Of a stretch of DNA of 33,201 nucleotides, positions 16,782-25,246 are shown piece after piece; positions within the stretch are counted from its first letter, which is position 1, and each line of letters begins with the position of its first letter. The stretch spans positions 1 through 33,201 of the forward strand of contig JAOZKZ010000004.1 in assembly GCA_029935075.1 (NCBI GenBank), given 5' to 3'. The position numbers were made by a program, and so were the translations under genes. The notes under the pieces were generated by a model. The model searched no databases, had not been told where the DNA came from, and was given only the letters and a program-made list of their open reading frames with translations. The stretch comes from Campylobacterales bacterium (lineage in GTDB: Bacteria; Campylobacterota; Campylobacteria; Campylobacterales; QNZT01).

Positions 16782-16964
16782 TTATTTTTGCTTGTTTTGT
16801 TCCTTTAGCTTTTCAACAAATTCAATGATGTCATCTACATCAAACGCTGAATCATTTTCGTAATCAGGGTGTTGAGTTATAGGGTAACATCCAATTTTTC
16901 TCATTTTAGTAAGAAGTTCTTTACGCTTAACTTCTTGAGTTTCTTCCATTTCTTTATAAGTCAT
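16782..16964 (-). CDS. Hypothetical protein
   Basis: ORF coupled to upstream gene, GAGG SD. Confidence 0.6.
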   Translation of the reverse strand: MTYKEMEETQEVKRKELLTKMRKIGCYPITQHPDYENDSAFDVDDIIEFVEKLKEQNKQK

Positions 16965-17331
16965 GACCCTCTTTTATCTGATTTAGTATCCATTCACATG
17001 CTTTAAAAACTGCTTCTGGTTCTGTATCTCCTTGAAACACTGGTGGCAGTTCACCTACATCTGATACAAAATCATTTATAACAAAATTACTGTTTTCCCC
17101 AGCATAAGTATATTCAGAAACAAATCCCTGATTAAAAATCCATTCTTTACATTTATCAGCAAATTCATAGATATTGATGTACCCTCTGCCCCCATCTCTT
17201 GCGGCAACTATAGTCTTTCCAATTTTTGTTACATTATTGTATGTCCAACATATCTCGTTTTTTGGACAAAAAGATTCTATAGTTAGTATCTTAATATTGG
17301 TCACCTCACTTAATAGTTCTTTTGAAATCAT
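16954..17331 (-). CDS. Paralog family member
   Basis: MISKELLSEV, INIYEFADKCKEW, GDTEPEAVFKACEWIL. Confidence 0.8.
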   Translation of the reverse strand: MISKELLSEVTNIKILTIESFCPKNEICWTYNNVTKIGKTIVAARDGGRGYINIYEFADKCKEWIFNQGFVSEYTYAGENSNFVINDFVSDVGELPPVFQGDTEPEAVFKACEWILNQIKEGHDL

Positions 17332-17376
17332 TTAGTTTCCTTCTCTTTATATAAGTACATTATAACATAAAGTAAC

Positions 17377-17508
17377 TTAAAAAGAGTTAAATAAAATCAT
17401 TAATGAAAATATCACAGCTCCAATAAAGATAATCCATCCTAAAATATCCCCGTAGTATCCTTCTCTTACAAGATGCCTGGTCCATATGATCTGATTTTTA
17501 ATTGTCAT
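17377..17508 (-). CDS. Small membrane peptide (43 aa, not in ORF track)
   Basis: MTIKNQIIWTRHLVREGYYGDILGWIIFIGAVIFSLMILFNSF*; AAGGA SD. Confidence 0.55.
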   Translation of the reverse strand: MTIKNQIIWTRHLVREGYYGDILGWIIFIGAVIFSLMILFNSF

Positions 17509-17971
17509 ATAGTATCCTTTTGGCTTTTTCTAAATCCTGGTGTTGGAGCCCTGTTTTCATATCCACTTCTACCACAAATTCTCTGGGGATGGTGTCACAA
17601 TAATCCCCACAAACATCAATAATCTCATCCTCGAGGACTACATATTTTCCGGTGTAGTTGTTCTCATCAAGCCATGCCTGAATCTCGTCTCCTCTATACC
17701 TTAAGTCTTTGGTGTAAGGTGTACACCCTATTACTTTGTCCCAGTTCTTGAACCCGTTCTTTTCCATTTGTATTTTTAGGTCTTCCATATCCAGTCGCCA
17801 TGATGATGAAATCACTACCTCGGATTTGGTCTGATCTATAAGCCAGTCTAATCTTTTTATCAAATGGCTCTCAAACCAGATGGTATTTCCATCAGGCTGA
17901 ATCATACAGGTGTTGTAAGATTCGCTTAGTATGTTAATAATCCCGTCACAGTCAATTATCAATAGACTCAT
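17498..17971 (-). CDS. HAD-family phosphatase (Swiss Army Knife RNA-repair-like)
   Basis: LIIDCDGII, VVISSSWR, RGDEIQAWL, YVVLEDE, GL; start trimmed to 17971. Confidence 0.82.
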   Translation of the reverse strand: MSLLIIDCDGIINILSESYNTCMIQPDGNTIWFESHLIKRLDWLIDQTKSEVVISSSWRLDMEDLKIQMEKNGFKNWDKVIGCTPYTKDLRYRGDEIQAWLDENNYTGKYVVLEDEIIDVCGDYCDTIPREFVVEVDMKTGLQHQDLEKAKRILYDN

Positions 17972-18309
17972 TTGTTCTCCTGTATCCACTCTGTTGCTGA
18001 GAATATAGCATCTGGTTCACTATCCCCGTAAAATTGATTAGCATTTTTATCAGAACCTGTTCCTATTTGAACCACATAAAAATGATTAACATCTTTAAGG
18101 TCTAATATATCTGGTCTTATCTTTATATACAAAGCATACCCTTGTTCAAATGCCCACTCTTTACACTTATGGGCAAGCTCGTATATGTTAATAGAAGAGA
18201 CATTAAAAGCCCCTTTGACAAACAGTTGAATATTAACCTGCCCTTCTGTGTAATATGGCATTGTGCATTCATAGCCTAATACCTCGCTTAATAGTTCATG
18301 TTTGATCAT
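17968..18309 (-). CDS. Paralog family member
   Basis: MIKHELLSEVL, INIYELAHKCKEWA, GDSEPDAIFSATEWI. Confidence 0.8.
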   Translation of the reverse strand: MIKHELLSEVLGYECTMPYYTEGQVNIQLFVKGAFNVSSINIYELAHKCKEWAFEQGYALYIKIRPDILDLKDVNHFYVVQIGTGSDKNANQFYGDSEPDAIFSATEWIQENK

Positions 18310-18318
18310 TTTGATCCT

Positions 18319-18552
18319 TTAACTATACCCATCTGGTATCCCAGCAAATGAGCTATGGTCTTCTCCAAAAGCATCGGTGTATTCCAGTCCATTTTCATAT
18401 GGTTCATAATCCAACACAGGGATGTAAGTTTGTGATTTATGAAACAACGCTTTACCTTTTTTGTTAAACCCTTGAGCCTTCTCACCCCTAAAAATATACC
18501 TACCTTTTTTGTTCCACTTTTTAAATGTTTTCATATTTTCCTTATAGTTCAT
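18319..18552 (-). CDS. Hypothetical protein
   Basis: TF..WN..G..I..GEKA pattern; ATGA overlap. Confidence 0.65.
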   Translation of the reverse strand: MNYKENMKTFKKWNKKGRYIFRGEKAQGFNKKGKALFHKSQTYIPVLDYEPYENGLEYTDAFGEDHSSFAGIPDGYS

Positions 18553-18869
18553 TTTTGATCATTTTGCTCCATTATGTATTCACAGGCTTTAAAAATAGCT
18601 TCTGGTTCGGTGTCTGCTGTAAACTGTTCTTCAAAATTTTCTTGTTTAACGACTACTTGCCATTGTGTGTAGGTGTCAAACATTATTAATTTTGATAATA
18701 TAAACCCTTTCGATTTAACAGCCCATTCTTTACACTTATTAGCCAATTCGTAGATGTTAATCCCTCTAGTTTTGTGTAACCCAGTGCCATAATAGACAAT
18801 ATTTCTGGTTATTTTGAGCTGGTTTATATCCTTGTCTAAGACCTTTTGTAACAGTGCTTTTGAAATCAT
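18549..18869 (-). CDS. Paralog family member
   Basis: MISKALLQKVL, INIYELANKCKEWA, ADTEPEAIFKACEYI. Confidence 0.8.
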   Translation of the reverse strand: MISKALLQKVLDKDINQLKITRNIVYYGTGLHKTRGINIYELANKCKEWAVKSKGFILSKLIMFDTYTQWQVVVKQENFEEQFTADTEPEAIFKACEYIMEQNDQK

Positions 18870-18926
18870 TATACTCCTTTAAGTTCCTTATTATACCACA
18901 AAAGACCTTAAAAGGAGCTTAGTCCT

Positions 18927-19295
18927 TTAATACCCTTGTATCTCTGATTCAAATTTTTGTTTCAATGTGTCAAGGGTTTCCATCTTTTGAGCCACATAGT
19001 TATAGCAAAAACCTAAAAGAACATCCTTGGTGTATTCTCTATTCAGGTTGCTTACCTTGGTCTCAAGGGCTCTTCCGTGTTCATAGATATTATACATCTC
19101 TTTTAGGGTATTTTTTAACTCTTTTGTGTTTTTCTGGTCTACCTTATCCAAGAGTAACTTTACCTCTTTAAGCTGGTCTTCTTTCTTGATAATATTTTTA
19201 CCTTGCTTTGAACCTTCCAGGAATAATCTCTTTATTTCTGTGGGGTCGTGTAGGCTCTTTTGGTTATCAAACATATCTTCTAGTGTTTTTTTCAT
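18927..19295 (-). CDS. Hypothetical helical protein
   Basis: First gene after early promoter 19312-19333. Confidence 0.7.
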   Translation of the reverse strand: MKKTLEDMFDNQKSLHDPTEIKRLFLEGSKQGKNIIKKEDQLKEVKLLLDKVDQKNTKELKNTLKEMYNIYEHGRALETKVSNLNREYTKDVLLGFCYNYVAQKMETLDTLKQKFESEIQGY

Positions 19296-19350
19296 CTTTT
19301 TCCTTTAAGTTATTATACCACAAGAACCTTAAAATTAACTTTCAAAGTTT

Positions 19351-19358
19351 TATAAATA
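19351..19358 (+). promoter_or_regulatory. Late promoter TATAAATA (head operon)
   Basis: Exact consensus; the same motif occurs at 22624, 23491, 29686, 31222 and 31843 ahead of late genes. Confidence 0.85.
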
Positions 19359-19376
19359 AAAGAAAAAAGGAACAAC

Positions 19377-19685
19377 ATGTCAGACACACTTATTCAAACA
19401 GCCCAAAACAAAGAGTATACAAAATTTGAGGAAATTGCCAAAGAGAAGCTCCAGGCAAAAGTAGCCGAAAAGCTAAGTCAGAAGGGTTATTTTAAAAGAT
19501 TAGATGTAGCCAAAGCAGAGCTAACGGAATCCAAAGAAGAGTATCAAAAGTTCTTTCAAAAGACACTTAAGGAATTTGGTGTTAAGAGCCAGTCAGAATT
19601 ATCAGACGATAAGAAAAAAGAATTCTATGATGCCATAGACGCTGGATGGAAAGGCAAAGACGAAAAGCCAGAAAAGGGTGAATAA
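19377..19685 (+). CDS. Putative prohead core protein (gp67/gp68 position)
   Basis: Late promoter; immediately precedes gp21; charged; LTES cleavage-like site. Function inferred from position only. Confidence 0.6.
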   Translation: MSDTLIQTAQNKEYTKFEEIAKEKLQAKVAEKLSQKGYFKRLDVAKAELTESKEEYQKFFQKTLKEFGVKSQSELSDDKKKEFYDAIDAGWKGKDEKPEKGE

Positions 19686-21055
19686 TGGAATCAGAATTCG
19701 GTAAATTGAAAGCCAAAGACCCAAAGAAAGACAAGGACAAAGAAAAAGAAGAACTCCTTAAAAGAGCTGAAAAGAAATTTGAAGAAGACCCTGAAGACCC
19801 TGAAGAGGAAGAAACCGAAGAAAAGGACTCTAAGGACCCCGAAGACTCTGAAGACCCCGAAGAGGAATGTGATCCTGAAAAAGAGGATTGTAAAAAGAAA
19901 AAAGATATAAAAGAGAGCATATCAAAGATGAAATTATTAGTAGAAGACGCTTATGAAATGGAAACGGAAATCCTAGAAGAGCTTAACGAAAGCTCAACCA
20001 AGGAAAAGAATTACTACATATATGGTACATTTTCTACACCTGATAAGAAAAATCGTAATGGTCGTATATATAGTTCAAAATTATGGGAAGAAAATGTAAA
20101 CAATTATCAAGACCATATTAAAAACAATACTATCAATTCATTAGGTGAAATGGAACACCCTAGTCGTGTTAACCCTGACCCTATGAAAGCCGTAATGAAA
20201 ATCACTGAACTAAAAATGGAAGATAATCTTGTAAAAGGTAGAGCCCAAATCTTGAATAATAACTCACCAGATACCAATCAAATCAAAGCCTTGATAGACG
20301 AGGGTATTAAAATTGCGGTTTCATCACGCGGCACTGGGAGGATGAAAGGCTCAATAGTAGAAGAATTTGTCCTAAGCACTTTTGATGCGGTGAATTCTCC
20401 GAGTGATTACAATGCCAACTTAACAGGTATTAGAGAATCAGTAGAAGAGGCTGTCCTTTTGACCGAAAGTGGTTATAAATGCACCTCAGAAGGTTGTATA
20501 TTAGAAGGTACAGGCTCAGGTGATATCGCCCAGGACCCAGAATGTATCAACAATCTAATCAAAGAGATGAATATATTTTCAAGAGAAGTAAAAGACCTTA
20601 AAGAATCTGAAATCAAGGCTGTTATTTTAATGACCGAGGATGACCTTCAAACGGCCACAAAGCTTATTAAAAAGATGGGTATTGATTCCAGTGATATCGA
20701 GCTTAAGGGCAAGGCTGTCACAGTCACATTAAAGAACAAAGACGAAGCCCAAAAGGTCTTTAAAACCATGACTACTCTTGCCGGACAGCTTAAGGACAAG
20801 CCAGTTATTGTTAAAAAAGACAACAAAGTAACCATTTCAATGAATAAAGACATAGCCCTTGAATCCGAAGAAGTAGACGAAAGCGCTGTTGGGCTTGTGG
20901 GACGAAGCGGAACAGTTGATGCTGAAAATCACATCAACCAAAATCCAGATTTGATTAAAAGATTTAAAAAAATGATCAAAGAATTAGGTGGATTAACCGC
21001 TACTAGACAATTATTAAATACATTTGACCCTAAATTAAAAGGCATAGGTGAATGA
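19685..21055 (+). CDS. gp21: Prohead protease with long N- and C-terminal extensions
   Basis: YYIYGTF....KKNRNGRIY, LGEMEHP, VSSRGTG, DAV..PS..NA motifs. Confidence 0.92.
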   Translation: MESEFGKLKAKDPKKDKDKEKEELLKRAEKKFEEDPEDPEEEETEEKDSKDPEDSEDPEEECDPEKEDCKKKKDIKESISKMKLLVEDAYEMETEILEELNESSTKEKNYYIYGTFSTPDKKNRNGRIYSSKLWEENVNNYQDHIKNNTINSLGEMEHPSRVNPDPMKAVMKITELKMEDNLVKGRAQILNNNSPDTNQIKALIDEGIKIAVSSRGTGRMKGSIVEEFVLSTFDAVNSPSDYNANLTGIRESVEEAVLLTESGYKCTSEGCILEGTGSGDIAQDPECINNLIKEMNIFSREVKDLKESEIKAVILMTEDDLQTATKLIKKMGIDSSDIELKGKAVTVTLKNKDEAQKVFKTMTTLAGQLKDKPVIVKKDNKVTISMNKDIALESEEVDESAVGLVGRSGTVDAENHINQNPDLIKRFKKMIKELGGLTATRQLLNTFDPKLKGIGE

Positions 21056-21870
21056 ATACATTGTTAAATGATCGGCATTTTAAAGGTTATAATAGATTGA
21101 TAGATAATGCTTTATCTAAAAATAGGTCTAAAAAAGATGATATATATTATGAAAATCACCATATAATTCCTAGTGCTTTTGGTGGTAAGAATGAAAAGTC
21201 CAATATGGTATTGTTGACCGCTAAAGAACACTATATATCTCATTATTTAATATCTAAATTTGCTACTCATATTAGTGGTGCTGGATATCATAAAGCAATT
21301 CGAGGCTTTAAAATGATGCATACTATATCATCAAGCCATGATACTCGTTTTATAAATGCTTGTATGTATGAAAAATTGAAAATTAAGTATGCTGATATAT
21401 TAACAGGGCGTAAACTTTCGGATAAAACCAAAGAAAAAATTAGACAGGCTAATCTCGGCAAAACACTTTCAGATGAAACCAAAAGTAAAATATCATTAGG
21501 ATTAAAACAATACAACGAAAATAACATCCGTAAACCCCTTTCAGATGAAACCAAAGAAAAAATTAGACAGGCTAATCTCGGCAAAACTTATTCTGATGAA
21601 GTTAATGCTAAAAAAGGATTAAGTGGGAATAAAAACCCCTTTGCTAAATTAATATTGATATATGACAACAATGATAATATAATGTTCAAATGCTATGGTG
21701 ATTTTAAAAAAGTATGTTTAGATAATGAACTACCTTTTGTTACTTTAACAAAAAGTAAATCAAAAGGTGGAAAAAAAATATATATAAATTCAAAACCAAA
21801 AAATGAAAATTTTTTGAAATATGTTGGTTGGTATAGCAAAACAATGAACGCCAAACCAGAAAACGATTAA
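21052..21870 (+). CDS. HNH homing endonuclease with NUMOD3 repeats
   Basis: YYENHHIIP..FGG.NE..N.V.LTAKEHYISH; repeated LSDETKEKIRQANLGK. Confidence 0.88.
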   Translation: MNTLLNDRHFKGYNRLIDNALSKNRSKKDDIYYENHHIIPSAFGGKNEKSNMVLLTAKEHYISHYLISKFATHISGAGYHKAIRGFKMMHTISSSHDTRFINACMYEKLKIKYADILTGRKLSDKTKEKIRQANLGKTLSDETKSKISLGLKQYNENNIRKPLSDETKEKIRQANLGKTYSDEVNAKKGLSGNKNPFAKLILIYDNNDNIMFKCYGDFKKVCLDNELPFVTLTKSKSKGGKKIYINSKPKNENFLKYVGWYSKTMNAKPEND

Positions 21871-21878
21871 GGAAACTA

Positions 21879-22190
21879 ATGGAAGAGCCAGAGATCATCA
21901 CACAAGAAATGAAACAAGCCCTTGGTACCCTTGCTAAAGTCAACGAAGATGACTATAAGTTTACCCCTAGAGGGGTGGAGTTCTTTTTTGAGAATTCATT
22001 AAGAGCCAATAGATGCAAGGTAATAAAATACCACAATCAAGTTATAGTAGAGTTTAGGAAAATAACAAATAATCCATTAGAAGGCAAGCAAGATATCTTG
22101 TTATCCGAAAGAATTATTAACCCTGACGAATTGATGGATCATTTTGAAACCGAAACAGGCATATATCTTAATTACATAGAGTGGAAATAA
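21879..22190 (+). CDS. Hypothetical protein
   Basis: AAGGA SD; ends L..HFETETG.YL. Confidence 0.7.
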   Translation: MEEPEIITQEMKQALGTLAKVNEDDYKFTPRGVEFFFENSLRANRCKVIKYHNQVIVEFRKITNNPLEGKQDILLSERIINPDELMDHFETETGIYLNYIEWK

Positions 22191-22603
22191 TGAATTTCAA
22201 GATGTTTAACCTGCCTTTGGCGGAAGGTGTCACAGAAAAATCCTTTATTACTGCCTTAAAAGGGTACAGCAACATTGATGATGCCATGGCTCATTTAGAC
22301 GATGAGTACATAGAGTATTATCTAATAAACATGGATAAAAAATCATTAAAAAATGCCCTTAAAAAATACAACATCCATATCAAAGAGAGTATCAAAGAGA
22401 GCTATGAAGACCCTGAAATAACACTTGGTTATGCTCCACAAGACGGAACCATAGTTAAAAATATTAAGTACAAAGGCCAGTATATTACCTTGACTTATAA
22501 CAAAGAACTTGGTACATGGAACCCTGAGATTAGATTTAGGAGTGTAATGACCGCTCTGAAATATATAAAGGCACAGGTTAATTACAACCAAAGTGATGTT
22601 TAA
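22190..22603 (+). CDS. Putative head-processed/internal protein
   Basis: TAATG coupling; MNFKMFNLPLAE leader; internal IKES IKES. Confidence 0.6.
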   Translation: MNFKMFNLPLAEGVTEKSFITALKGYSNIDDAMAHLDDEYIEYYLINMDKKSLKNALKKYNIHIKESIKESYEDPEITLGYAPQDGTIVKNIKYKGQYITLTYNKELGTWNPEIRFRSVMTALKYIKAQVNYNQSDV

Positions 22604-22728
22604 ACTTAATATATTCTTGGGTTTATAAATAAAGTAAATTAAGTAAGTCAGTTTAAAAAGCTGTATGAAATAATATCTGAAATCGCAAGATACTTAATAA
22701 AACGGGCACAGACCCAAAAGGAATTAAA

Positions 22729-23478
22729 ATGGAAATGAACCCTATGTTCGAGTCAATGGATATTGACCTAGAAAAGAAAATTGAGTTGACAGAAGCTTTT
22801 GATAAAGCAGTCTTGGCTAAAACTACAGACATGATGGAAAATTATGTTGAAGAAAAAATCACAGAAAAAGAAGAAATCTTGAAAGAAGAGTACCAAGAGA
22901 AGGTACTTATGCTTGAAGATTCTCTTGATGGTTATCTTGACACTGTAGTAGAAGAGTTTATCTCTGAAAATGCACCTTCTTATGAAGCACAAATTACTGA
23001 CGAAAGATCAAAAAGCCTTCTTGAAATGTTTGACCAAATGATCAAAGTAGTAGGCATGGATATGTTGACTATTACTGAAGGTAAAGAAGAAAGAGACCAA
23101 GAAAATCTTGAGAATTCTGACCTATATATTGCTGAATCTTCAGTAGATACTTTGACTCAAAAAGTAGCAGACATGGCTGATAAGCTAGTAGAAGCTAAAA
23201 GAGAAGCAGATAAGTATCTTCAGAGTGGTTTGATGAATGAAATGAAAACAGACTTGACTATCCTTGAGGGTGAGAAGTTTGAAAAAATTGCTCAGATGAT
23301 GCCTTTTGAAAGAAGTTCTTCTTATCTTGATAAATTAGAAACACTTAAAGAATCTATTATTGATTCAAGAGCGGAAGATTTCGAGGTAGATAAAACTACT
23401 GCTTTGCCTACTGCGGCATTTAAGCAACCAGAAATAATTAGTGTAGATGATGCTTTGAATTTTGAAAAGTATGTCTAA
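22729..23478 (+). CDS. gp22: Prohead core scaffolding protein
   Basis: Acidic coiled coil with LDGYLD.VVEEF..EN motif; directly upstream of the major capsid gene; late promoter 22624. Confidence 0.85.
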   Translation: MEMNPMFESMDIDLEKKIELTEAFDKAVLAKTTDMMENYVEEKITEKEEILKEEYQEKVLMLEDSLDGYLDTVVEEFISENAPSYEAQITDERSKSLLEMFDQMIKVVGMDMLTITEGKEERDQENLENSDLYIAESSVDTLTQKVADMADKLVEAKREADKYLQSGLMNEMKTDLTILEGEKFEKIAQMMPFERSSSYLDKLETLKESIIDSRAEDFEVDKTTALPTAAFKQPEIISVDDALNFEKYV

Positions 23479-23609
23479 GAGTTAATGGATTATAAATAAA
23501 GAAATCTTACGATAGAGCTGAAAAGAGATTGAAACCTTAAAAATTTAAGGATTGTAAGATGCTTGTCCTAGTGAAAAATAGGACTAAACAAAAATAAAAA
23601 GGAAATGAT

Positions 23610-25124
23610 ATGAACAAAAAATATCAAAGTTTGATTGAATCAACTAAATACGCACCCCTTGATGAAGGGCAACAAAACACACTAGCCGCTGTAATGGAAG
23701 CTACTGCTAAAGAAACTGAAAGAATGATCGCTGAGGGAACAATCGCAGCGGATGTGGCCCAGTTTACGCCATTTTTAATGCCTATGCTAAGAAAAGTATA
23801 CCCAGCATTAGTAGCTAATGAACTCCTTGGTGTACAACCATTGAGTGGTCCTACTGGATTTATTTACTCATTGACTAACAGACTAGTCGGTAGTGCTAAC
23901 AATGGTCTTACTAAGCCAGGAACAAACGAGGGGCTTAACGGACCTAGTATGTATAACAAAACTAACGCGGCTACTCAGATTCTATTGGTAGATGCTTTTA
24001 CAGCGGCTGACCTTGGTAAAACAATCATCGTTGGTGGTATTACTGCTACTGTTGTATATGGTGAACCTGCTGCACACGGTGCTCTTGGTAGTAACTATCC
24101 TGCTGGTCAAATTGTAGGAAATAGTGTTGGTGGTGCTGAGGTTGGTGCTCAAGATGGTACTTCATTTGGTATCTTGGTAGAACTTCCAGCTAATACTTAC
24201 TATGGTAGAACTGGTGTAATCGTTCCTGCTAGTGGTGGTGATGTTACTGGTACTGCTACTGCTACTGCTGTTATTGCTTCATTTACTGGACTGGCAGCAT
24301 GGGACAAAATTCTTCCTAACTATAGTGGTTCTTATGTTACTGCTAATGGTGAGACAAGAGGTGTAGTCGGTAACGAAATGAACGAAGTAGGAATCGCTGT
24401 TGAGCGTACTCAAGTAGAAGCGAAGACTAGAAAGCTCAGAGCCGAGTATACAATCGAAATGTATCAAGACTTGAAAGCAATGCATGGTGTACTAGCGGAT
24501 CAAGAGCTTATGAGCCTTATGGGATACGAAATCAAAGCTGAAACAGACCGTGAAGTAGTAGATTTCGTTAACTCAAGAGCAGGCATCGAAGGCGACTTCT
24601 TTATGGATGGTTCTTATGATGGTACTGTTGGCACTCCTGCTATTTCTTCAGGTAGATGGGAAATTGAGAGATACAGAGCACTAGCGATTAAAATTGCTGA
24701 TATGTCAAGAAACATTGGTAGATTGAACAAAAGAGGCGCGGCTAACAAGCTTCTAGTTTCTCCTAAAGTTCTTACAGCACTTGAAGCAATGGGTTCTTTT
24801 ACTACTGCTCCTATTGATACTACTGTTAGTACTCAGAACTTGAACCCTGTTGCTGGTAGATTTGACAACAAGTATAATGTTATTGTTGATAATTATGCTG
24901 ATAATGGTGACTATGTTACTGCTATCTACAAAGGATCCAATCAGGACAGTTTGGGTGTTTATGCTCCTTATACTCCTGTTCAGATTCAGAAAGTGACTCA
25001 TGTAACGACTGGTCAGCCAGCATTGATTGCAATGTCGCGCTATGGTTTAGCCGAAAATCCATGGGGTGGTCAGAATTATGCGACTTCAATGGGAATTCAA
25101 TTCCAAAATACCGTACTTCAGTAG
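23610..25124 (+). CDS. gp23: Major capsid protein
   Basis: L.PMLRKVYP.LVANELLGVQPLSGPTG.IY, VEAKTRKLRAEYT.EMYQDLKAMHG, EI.AE.DRE, YAPY, QP.....SRYGL..NP. Confidence 0.97.
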   Translation: MNKKYQSLIESTKYAPLDEGQQNTLAAVMEATAKETERMIAEGTIAADVAQFTPFLMPMLRKVYPALVANELLGVQPLSGPTGFIYSLTNRLVGSANNGLTKPGTNEGLNGPSMYNKTNAATQILLVDAFTAADLGKTIIVGGITATVVYGEPAAHGALGSNYPAGQIVGNSVGGAEVGAQDGTSFGILVELPANTYYGRTGVIVPASGGDVTGTATATAVIASFTGLAAWDKILPNYSGSYVTANGETRGVVGNEMNEVGIAVERTQVEAKTRKLRAEYTIEMYQDLKAMHGVLADQELMSLMGYEIKAETDREVVDFVNSRAGIEGDFFMDGSYDGTVGTPAISSGRWEIERYRALAIKIADMSRNIGRLNKRGAANKLLVSPKVLTALEAMGSFTTAPIDTTVSTQNLNPVAGRFDNKYNVIVDNYADNGDYVTAIYKGSNQDSLGVYAPYTPVQIQKVTHVTTGQPALIAMSRYGLAENPWGGQNYATSMGIQFQNTVLQ

Positions 25125-25132
25125 GGTATAAA

Positions 25133-25162
25133 GGCTTGACCCTTCGGGGTTAAGTTTACTTT
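25133..25162 (+). terminator. Rho-independent terminator with cUUCGg tetraloop after gp23
   Basis: GGCTTGACCC-TTCG-GGGTTAAGTT followed by TACTTT. Confidence 0.8.
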
Positions 25163-25188
25163 AAGAATAAAATGGTATAATAAAGAAA

Positions 25189-25246
25189 TGGTTTACAAGA
25201 GCATCTCCCTACAGGTGTTCTTGTAAACTATAGGAGGTAGGGCTCA
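25189..25246 (+). promoter_or_regulatory. 18-bp hairpin with loop complementary to the RBS region (H-type pseudoknot leader)
   Basis: Stem 25189-25206/25213-25230; loop CCCTAC pairs with GTAGGG 25237-25242; early promoter 25160-25181. Confidence 0.7.

Noticed and set aside
19582-19920. Ser-rich antisense ORF and the other short opposite-strand ORFs in the track
   Set aside because: Shadows of real genes; no SD or promoter support
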